From assembly GCA_045614605.1 (NCBI GenBank), contig JAZLDH010000018.1:67258-131257 (forward strand): a stretch of 64,000 bases of DNA, in the 5' to 3' direction. Below are positions 58,405 through 64,000 of this stretch, piece by piece. The position numbers and the translations under genes are program-made. The stretch's first letter is position 1; each line of letters begins with the position of its first letter. The notes below the pieces were generated by a model. That model was not told the DNA's origin, searched no databases, and worked only from the letters and a program-made list of their open reading frames with translations. The stretch comes from Candidatus Onthomorpha sp. GTDB taxonomy: Bacteria; Bacteroidota; Bacteroidia; Bacteroidales; P3.

Positions 58405-58490
58405 AAGATGTTTCTTTGTTTTTGAAACTATAAAGTTATAAAAAAAATCAAAAAAGTTTGTCAGTAATCAAAAAAGTTGTACTTTTGCAG

Positions 58491-58590
58491 TGGGTAAGTC
58501 TTGTACGACCAGCTCCCTCTGAATCTCCCCAGGGCGGGAACGCAGCAAGGTAAGGAGGTTGTAGCGGTGCGATATAAGTAGCTTGCCCTT
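58491..58590 (+). ncRNA. ffs: Signal recognition particle RNA (small bacterial 4.5S type)
   Basis: Domain IV-like CCCCAGGGCGGGAACGCAGCAAGG. Terminal pairing GGGTAAGTC / AGCTTGCCC, followed by a T-run. Preceded by TTTG (58457-58460)-N19-TACTTTTG (58480-58487). Confidence 0.8.
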
Positions 58591-58600
58591 TTTTTGTACC

Positions 58601-59599
58601 CTATCGTATCCCCAATTTATTTAATGCGTTTTTATATCTTTCAGCGTTACGATAATGTTCCGCAGGTGTGCGTGCAAAATTGTGATAGCCCGAAAAGTCT
58701 TCTTTAGCACAGAAAAAGATATAGTCATGCTTTTCAAAATTCAACACAGCCTTTAATGAAGAAATATTAGGCAAACAAATTGCAGTAGGAGGTAAGCCTT
58801 TATATAAATATGTGTTGTAAGGCGATTCGGTTTGCAAGTGTTTATACATTACTCTCTTTATTGTGAAATCACCAACGGCATATTTTACGGTTGGATCTGC
58901 TTGAAGAAGCATATCTTTCTTTAAACGATTGATGTAAACTCCAGCAATGGTAGGCTTTTCATTACTCATATTTGTTTCTTCATCTACAATGGAGGCCAAA
59001 ACCACAACTTCATGACGTGAAAGTCCTGTTTTTTTAAGAAGATTTTCTTGATTTTCCCACCATTTATCTGCCTCTTTCTCTAAGCGTTCTAAGAGTCCTT
59101 CGGCTGAAATGTTCCAATAAACCTCGTAAGTATTGCAAACAACTCTGTCAAAGAAGTTTTTTGAATCCGATGTGTTGTCTATTGCAAGTAAAATATCGTT
59201 TTCCGATAGCATTAATTGATTTGCTACTTTTTTTGCAAAGTCTTCCTTTAATCTTACTTTGTTAATGATAAGTTTTACAGGGGTTTGCAATCCGTTTGCA
59301 AGCATTCTTACTAAGTCTTTTTGAGTTGAGTTTGGTTCTATGGTGTAGTGTCCCGATTTTACATTGTTTTCTAATTTCTTTACTTTGGAAAAAATAGAAA
59401 AGGCTTTGTCGTCTTTATTTATTACTTTGTTTTCTTCAAGTTTTTCTAATAGAGTTTGATAATCCTCCGAAGGATAGATGTATAATTCTACTATTTCGCT
59501 ATTTCTTACTTTCTTATTTAGTAGTGAAAAGCCGAAAGCACCTACGCTAATCAAAACAATGGCTGATATTGCTAAGATAATTATTGTTTTCTTGTTCAT
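58601..59599 (-). CDS. mltG: Endolytic murein transglycosylase MltG (YceG-like)
   Basis: N-terminal TM anchor. LASIVDEET and ...SPYNTYLYKGLPPTAICLP motifs. Confidence 0.9.
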   Translation of the reverse strand: MNKKTIIILAISAIVLISVGAFGFSLLNKKVRNSEIVELYIYPSEDYQTLLEKLEENKVINKDDKAFSIFSKVKKLENNVKSGHYTIEPNSTQKDLVRMLANGLQTPVKLIINKVRLKEDFAKKVANQLMLSENDILLAIDNTSDSKNFFDRVVCNTYEVYWNISAEGLLERLEKEADKWWENQENLLKKTGLSRHEVVVLASIVDEETNMSNEKPTIAGVYINRLKKDMLLQADPTVKYAVGDFTIKRVMYKHLQTESPYNTYLYKGLPPTAICLPNISSLKAVLNFEKHDYIFFCAKEDFSGYHNFARTPAEHYRNAERYKNALNKLGIR

Positions 59600-59602
59600 A
59601 TA

Positions 59603-60109
59603 TTAGAATATTTTTTGGTAAATGTTTACGTTTTTATACTCCGAATTTATTAAAATCCAATCTTTTAAAGTTGCAGCAAAGTTATAACCACATTTTTCAA
59701 ACAAGGCTATGCTGTTTTTGTTATCCTCTGAGATGAAAGCATATAATTGATGAATGTTATAGATGGATTTCATTAGTTTTTCTATCTGTGAAATTGCCTT
59801 TTGTGCATATCCTTTTTTTCTTTCCCCTTGGCAGATGAATATTCCTACGCCTGCTTTTGAATCTCTCGCCTCATAGTCATAAATGTCTATGCAACCAATG
59901 GTGTAAGTGGCGTTATTTTCTTCTATATCAATCATTAGCCTCATTTGTTTGGCACTATATAATGATTCATTTTGAGAGTTGAGAACATAATTCTCCAAGG
60001 CGTATTTGGAAAATGGGCGCATTGTGCTACTAACTTCCCATAATTCCATATCGTTTTCCCATTCGTAGAATAAATCTACATCGTCTAATTCAACCGCTCT
60101 TAATTTCAT
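59603..60109 (-). CDS. GNAT family N-acetyltransferase
   Basis: 168 aa. The acetyl-CoA binding region reads GIFICQGERKKGYAQKAI. Confidence 0.8.
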   Translation of the reverse strand: MKLRAVELDDVDLFYEWENDMELWEVSSTMRPFSKYALENYVLNSQNESLYSAKQMRLMIDIEENNATYTIGCIDIYDYEARDSKAGVGIFICQGERKKGYAQKAISQIEKLMKSIYNIHQLYAFISEDNKNSIALFEKCGYNFAATLKDWILINSEYKNVNIYQKIF

Positions 60110-60158
60110 AATGCAAAGTTATGAAAAATATAGTATCTTTGCATAAAAATACAAGGAT

Positions 60159-61577
60159 ATGATAACATTTTTAGTTGCTCTTGCTCTTTTGGTAGCAGGA
60201 TATTTTGTTTACGGAAAATTTGTTGAAAGAGTATTTAAGCCAGACTTTCAACGCATAACCCCAGCCACAGAGTTGAATGATGGAGTTGATTATATTTCAA
60301 TGCCAACGTGGAAAATCCTTATGATTCAGTTTCTAAATATTGCGGGATTAGGACCAATATTTGGAGCAATCATGGGAGCGAAATTCGGACCTGCCTCTTA
60401 CATTTGGATTGTCTTTGGAAGTATTTTTGCAGGTGCTGTTCACGATTACTTTTCTGGTATGTTATCAATCAGAAATCAAGGAGCAAGCCTTCCAGAGCTT
60501 ATAGGAAAATATTTAGGCAATGGTGCAAAACAAACAATGAGAGTTTTTACAATATTGCTTATGGTTTTGGTGGGAGCAGTCTTTGTTTCAGGGCCAGCAG
60601 GCTTGCTTGCAAAACTCACACCCGAGTCATTAGATATGACTTTTTGGGCAGTTGTTGTTTTCGTTTACTATATCCTTGCAACTCTTTTGCCTGTTGATAA
60701 AATCATAGGAAAGGTTTATCCAATCTTTGCAATAGCTATACTCTTTATGGCAGTGGGAATATTAGTGATGTTAATATGGAATAACCCTGTTTTGCCAGAA
60801 ATAAATAGCCTTTCAAGTCTTAAAAACACATCTCCTGAGGGTAATCCTATTTTTCCAATGATGTTTGTTTCCATTGCTTGTGGTGCGATTTCGGGATTTC
60901 ACGCAACACAATCTCCAATGATGGCACGTTGTATGAAAAACGAAAAACACGGACGCCCTGTCTTTTATGGAGCAATGATAATAGAGGGAATAGTAGCTCT
61001 TATATGGGCTGCGGCTGCAAGTGCTTTCTTCTATGAAAACGGAATGGAAGAAAACAACGCCGCTGTCATAGTTGATACAATTACAAAAGAGTGGCTTGGA
61101 ATTGCGGGTGCGTTTCTTGCATTGCTTGGCGTGATATTTGCACCAATTACTTCGGGAGATACAGCCTTTCGTTCAGCTCGCTTGATTGTTGCTGACATTT
61201 TGAAAATCCCACAAAAGAAAATCTACAAACGATTATTGATTTCAATACCTCTTTTCATAGCAAGTTTTCTTATTCTACAAATAAACTTTGATATTCTTTG
61301 GCGTTACTTTGCTTGGTGCAATCAAACCCTTGCAGTTTTCACGCTTTGGACAATCACAGTCTATCTAACAAAAGAAAAAAGCAACTACATCATAACACTA
61401 ATCCCAGCCTTATTTATGACAATGGTGTGTGTAACATATATTTTCATAGCACCAGAGGGATTTTCTCTTTCTCCAACGATTTCATACACAGTAGGAGGGG
61501 TTGCAACCATAATTTCTTTAATTCTTTACATTATTTGGAATAAAAGTATTAACTTTGCACACAAAGGAAATTTATAA
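60159..61577 (+). CDS. cstA: Carbon starvation protein CstA family transporter (short form)
   Basis: 472 aa, polytopic. FLNIAGLGPIFGAIMGA and CGAISGFHATQSPMMARC motifs. Confidence 0.88.
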   Translation: MITFLVALALLVAGYFVYGKFVERVFKPDFQRITPATELNDGVDYISMPTWKILMIQFLNIAGLGPIFGAIMGAKFGPASYIWIVFGSIFAGAVHDYFSGMLSIRNQGASLPELIGKYLGNGAKQTMRVFTILLMVLVGAVFVSGPAGLLAKLTPESLDMTFWAVVVFVYYILATLLPVDKIIGKVYPIFAIAILFMAVGILVMLIWNNPVLPEINSLSSLKNTSPEGNPIFPMMFVSIACGAISGFHATQSPMMARCMKNEKHGRPVFYGAMIIEGIVALIWAAAASAFFYENGMEENNAAVIVDTITKEWLGIAGAFLALLGVIFAPITSGDTAFRSARLIVADILKIPQKKIYKRLLISIPLFIASFLILQINFDILWRYFAWCNQTLAVFTLWTITVYLTKEKSNYIITLIPALFMTMVCVTYIFIAPEGFSLSPTISYTVGGVATIISLILYIIWNKSINFAHKGNL

Positions 61578-61603
61578 ATATTAACATAAAAACAAAAAGA
61601 AAA

Positions 61604-62509
61604 ATGATTACAAAATTAGACGAAATCATTGAAGCCGTAAAAGTAAAAGGCAAAAAAAGATTAGTAGCAGCTTATGCTAACGATTCACACACAATAGGAG
61701 CAGCTTCAATGGCTATGGACCTTGGAGTAGTTGAAGCAACTTTAGTAGGAGATATAGACACTATCAATAAAGTTTGCCAAGAAGAAGGAATCGATGTAAA
61801 CAAATTCAAATTAGTTCAAGAAGCTAACGAACAACTTGCAGCAAACAAAGCAGTAGAACTAATCAACGCAGGAGAAGGCGATATATTGATGAAAGGTCTT
61901 TGCTCAACTGACAAATACATGAGAGCAATCCTTAACAAAGAAAAAGGTTTAATGCCTGGTGGAAAACCAGTTCTTTCACACGTTACAGTATTTGAAATAC
62001 CTACATACCACAAATTACTTGTAACATCTGACGTTGCAGTTATCCCAGCACCAGACTTCAAACAAAAAACAGCAATCACACAATACGTTATCAACACAGC
62101 TAAGACTCTTGGAATCGAAACTCCAAAAGTAGCAATGATAGCACCAACAGAACAAATGTCAGTAGGAATACCATCATGCGTAGATGCAGCATTGATTGCA
62201 GCAATGGGAAATAGAGGACAAATCAAAGGAGCTATCATCGATGGACCATTAGCATTAGACGTAGCAATCGACAAAGAATCTGCTGAAATCAAGAAATTGA
62301 AAGGCGAAGTAGCAGGAGATGCAGACTGTTTAGTATGGCCAAACATCGAATCAGGAAACGTATTCTACAAATCTTGCACAAAATTTGCAAAAGCAGAACT
62401 TGCAGCAATGGTAGTAGGAGCAAAAGTTCCTTGTGTGTTGTCTTCAAGAGGTGATAGCACAAAAACAAAAATGTATTCTATCGCATTAGCAGCATTATCT
62501 TGCAAATAA
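61604..62509 (+). CDS. ptb: Phosphate butyryltransferase / phosphate acyltransferase
   Basis: 301 aa. Phosphate acetyl/butyryl transferase family pattern (LMKG...VLSHV...NIESGNVFYK). Confidence 0.88.
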   Translation: MITKLDEIIEAVKVKGKKRLVAAYANDSHTIGAASMAMDLGVVEATLVGDIDTINKVCQEEGIDVNKFKLVQEANEQLAANKAVELINAGEGDILMKGLCSTDKYMRAILNKEKGLMPGGKPVLSHVTVFEIPTYHKLLVTSDVAVIPAPDFKQKTAITQYVINTAKTLGIETPKVAMIAPTEQMSVGIPSCVDAALIAAMGNRGQIKGAIIDGPLALDVAIDKESAEIKKLKGEVAGDADCLVWPNIESGNVFYKSCTKFAKAELAAMVVGAKVPCVLSSRGDSTKTKMYSIALAALSCK

Positions 62510-62513
62510 GAAA

Positions 62514-62849
62514 ATGGAAAATTGGTCAAATGAATTGCCATTCGTAGCAATAACCGTTTGCGACAAAGATGGCAAAATATTAGATATGAACCAACGCAGT
62601 CAAATGACCTTTGCAAAAAACGGAGGCAAAGACTTGATAGGAAAACCCTTATTTGACTGCCACCCACAACGTGCACAAGAAATGATAAAGCACCTTATGA
62701 ACTCCGAAAACACTAATACATATACAATAGAGAAGGAGGGAGTAAAGAAATTGATTTATCAAACACCTTGGTATCAAGATGGGCAATTTGCAGGCTTAGT
62801 TGAAATGTCAATAGTCATACCAAACGACATTCCACACTATAAAAGATAA
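62514..62849 (+). CDS. Stand-alone PAS-like domain protein
   Basis: 111 aa. VAITVCDKDGKILDMNQRSQMTFAKNGGKDLIGKPLFDCHP is PAS-like. Starts 4 nt after the ptb stop. Confidence 0.6.
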   Translation: MENWSNELPFVAITVCDKDGKILDMNQRSQMTFAKNGGKDLIGKPLFDCHPQRAQEMIKHLMNSENTNTYTIEKEGVKKLIYQTPWYQDGQFAGLVEMSIVIPNDIPHYKR

Positions 62850-62853
62850 AACA

Positions 62854-62884
62854 AAAGCGGAGAAATCATCTCCGCTTTCTTTAT
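62854..62884 (+). terminator. Rho-independent terminator
   Basis: AGCGGAGA (62856-62863) / TCTCCGCT (62869-62876), followed by TTCTTTAT. Confidence 0.7.
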
Positions 62885-62895
62885 ATTCCAAAAAT

Positions 62896-62940
62896 AAAAC
62901 GCTCGTAAGTCAAAATAAAACTAAGACTCACGAGCGTTTT
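62896..62940. terminator. Long bidirectional hairpin terminator
   Basis: AAAACGCTCGTAAGTC (62896-62911) pairs 15/16 with GACTCACGAGCGTTTT (62925-62940). An A-run lies 5' and a T-run 3'. Confidence 0.7.
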
Positions 62941-62957
62941 TCTTTGAGTTGAATTAG

Positions 62958-63368
62958 TTAATTCTTTCTTTTGAACTCTTTTTTCACTCCATCACAACTT
63001 AATACTAACGTTTCTTTATCTACTTTTTCTATAATGATAACATAATTAAAAATGTTAAATTGTTTTTCGCCTATTGTATATATGAAACTTTCTTGTTCCC
63101 AGTTTTCATAGCCATCTTCTCCCTCCCATACATGTTCCAAATATTCCATTACGCCAGCCCCTTCTTCAAAGAAACAAATAGTTTCTATTCTTTCCATTAT
63201 AGGAGAATTATTACCACTAAATGTTACTTTACCAAACCAAGAACCTACAAGTTCATTTTCTTGGTCAAATACTGTTCTTTCGCAAGAAGAAAAAGTTGTT
63301 AATGTTATTATTGATAAAAATAATAACGAAATAATTTTAATTGTTCTTTTCATTTCTTTAATTTTCAT
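62958..63368 (-). CDS. Small lipoprotein, function unknown
   Basis: MKIKEMKRTIKIISLLFLSIITLTTFSSC carries a lipobox. The ORF-track TTG start at 63404 lies in the conserved RNA block, so ATG 63368 is preferred. Confidence 0.6.
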   Translation of the reverse strand: MKIKEMKRTIKIISLLFLSIITLTTFSSCERTVFDQENELVGSWFGKVTFSGNNSPIMERIETICFFEEGAGVMEYLEHVWEGEDGYENWEQESFIYTIGEKQFNIFNYVIIIEKVDKETLVLSCDGVKKEFKRKN

Positions 63369-63387
63369 TTTTTTATTTTTACTTTTA

Positions 63388-63697
63388 CTTTGCCCAAGTC
63401 CCAAATGGCGATTACTTATTTTCTTTCTTTGACTTCAAGGCATAAAAAAACGTGGGACTTTTTTTCTTATCGGAGTACGAGGTCCTGAACTACCTAACCA
63501 ACCAAATAAGTAAAGCCCACGAAAATCATCGTGAGCGTTTACTGCTTTACATTGATTGGTTTGTATGAAATTGTTCAGGTTTCGTACCTCCAAGTATAAG
63601 CAAACACGCTTTTATATGTCGTAAAAATTTAACTCAGTCTTAATAATAATTATTCTTTGTCTCCTTTTTGTCCTCCTTTTTTATGGTTTAAATTTCT
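63388..63697 (-). ncRNA. Unclassified structured RNA or long 5' leader, copy B
   Basis: Its reverse complement is collinear with 31311-31617. The extended hairpin is at 63472-63591. AAGTCCCA/TGGGACTT pairing is conserved. Stem differences from copy A are compensatory. Confidence 0.7.
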
Positions 63698-63702
63698 GCC
63701 CA

Positions 63703-63733
63703 CAAAGGTAAAACATTTTTTATTAACGACAAA
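63703..63733 (-). promoter_or_regulatory. Bacteroidota sigma-A promoter (TTTG-N19-TAccTTTG) driving copy B
   Basis: On the minus strand, TTTG = 63733-63730, then a 19-nt spacer, then TACCTTTG = 63710-63703. Confidence 0.75.
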
Positions 63734-63781
63734 AAAAGTCTTTGCTTTATTTTAGAAAATTTTGCTCCGATCGTAACACTC

Positions 63782-63840
63782 TTACCATCCGATGGTAACA
63801 AATTATCCTCCGAGGATAAAACTTTACCAACGGAGGATAA
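63782..63840. promoter_or_regulatory. Three 17-bp dyad-symmetric sites phased at 21 bp (candidate operator array)
   Basis: TTACCATCcGATGGTAA (63782-63798) and TTATCCTCcGAGGATAA (63803-63819) are perfect 8-1-8 palindromes. TTACCAACgGAGGATAA (63824-63840) is a hybrid of their half-sites. Centres are at 63790, 63811 and 63832. Confidence 0.5.
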
Positions 63841-64000
63841 AAATCTGAAACAAAGTCTTTGAAAAAAAATCCTAAGAAAAATTTTGAAAAAGTAAAGAAA
63901 ATAAAAATTTAACGATGTATAAAAAGCATTTTTGCTTGTTTGTTATTTTTGCATAGAGGCTTACAGGTCTTAGAAGCGCTTGGCTGAGATGTAAAACTCG

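Noticed and set aside
61816-62346. 176-aa ORF on the minus strand.
   Set aside because: It is antisense to ptb and is a shadow ORF with no motif support.
62896-62940. The long hairpin as a third copy of the structured RNA's apical stem (shared CGCTC.CGAG-like string).
   Set aside because: The similarity is limited to a few bases. The hairpin is flanked by A- and T-runs between convergent genes and is fully explained as a bidirectional terminator.
63369-63404. N-terminal extension of the lipoprotein ORF (track start TTG 63404, MGLGQSKSKNKK...).
   Set aside because: The extension lies in the block conserved with copy A (ATCGCCATTTGGGACTT), where the equivalent frame contains a stop (TTGGGACTTAGG). 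An ATG at 63368 gives a normal lipoprotein signal peptide.
31275-63733. Inverted repeats as the ends of a composite transposon or other mobile element.
   Set aside because: The interior is dominated by essential single-copy genes (rpoD, asnS, rpoN, fmt, ffs). There is no transposase or integrase. The repeats carry their own promoters and show RNA-type covariation.

Overview
This is an AT-rich chromosomal window of Bacteroidota type. The taxon call rests on TTTG-N19-TAnnTTTG promoters, T9SS C-terminal sorting domains, a 288-aa RpoD, an S46 dipeptidyl peptidase and a split transketolase. Most of the window is housekeeping or central metabolism: panD, aroE, trmD, etfBA plus an acyl-CoA dehydrogenase, sdaA, alaS, typA, RNase P RNA, a Pif1/RecD-like helicase, rpoD, asnS, rpoN, ribH, fmt, hup, coaE, SRP RNA, mltG, cstA and ptb. 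Three patches look accessory or decaying. One is a three-gene restriction-modification-like island (48.3-51.6 kb). The second is a truncated DUF1016 gene next to a frameshifted CoiA-like nuclease gene (53.9-55.7 kb). The third is an acyltransferase gene interrupted at a C6 tract (47.74 kb). The most interesting signal is a pair of diverged, oppositely oriented copies of a promoter-driven non-coding element of about 300 nt (31.28-31.62 kb on +, 63.39-63.73 kb on -). Its roughly 120-nt extended hairpin is supported by compensatory substitutions between the two copies. Copy A leads into four small membrane-protein genes and copy B into a small lipoprotein gene. I do not recognise this element as any known RNA family. 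Two further unexplained structures are present. One is a family of AT-rich, roughly 21-bp-phased hairpin or word repeats with CTAAG or CCGAG cores, which fills intergenic spacers and includes two collinear blocks of about 350 bp at 13.4 and 30.9 kb. The other is a set of three 17-bp dyads spaced exactly 21 bp apart upstream of copy B. No CRISPR array, tRNA, rRNA or intact mobile element was seen.
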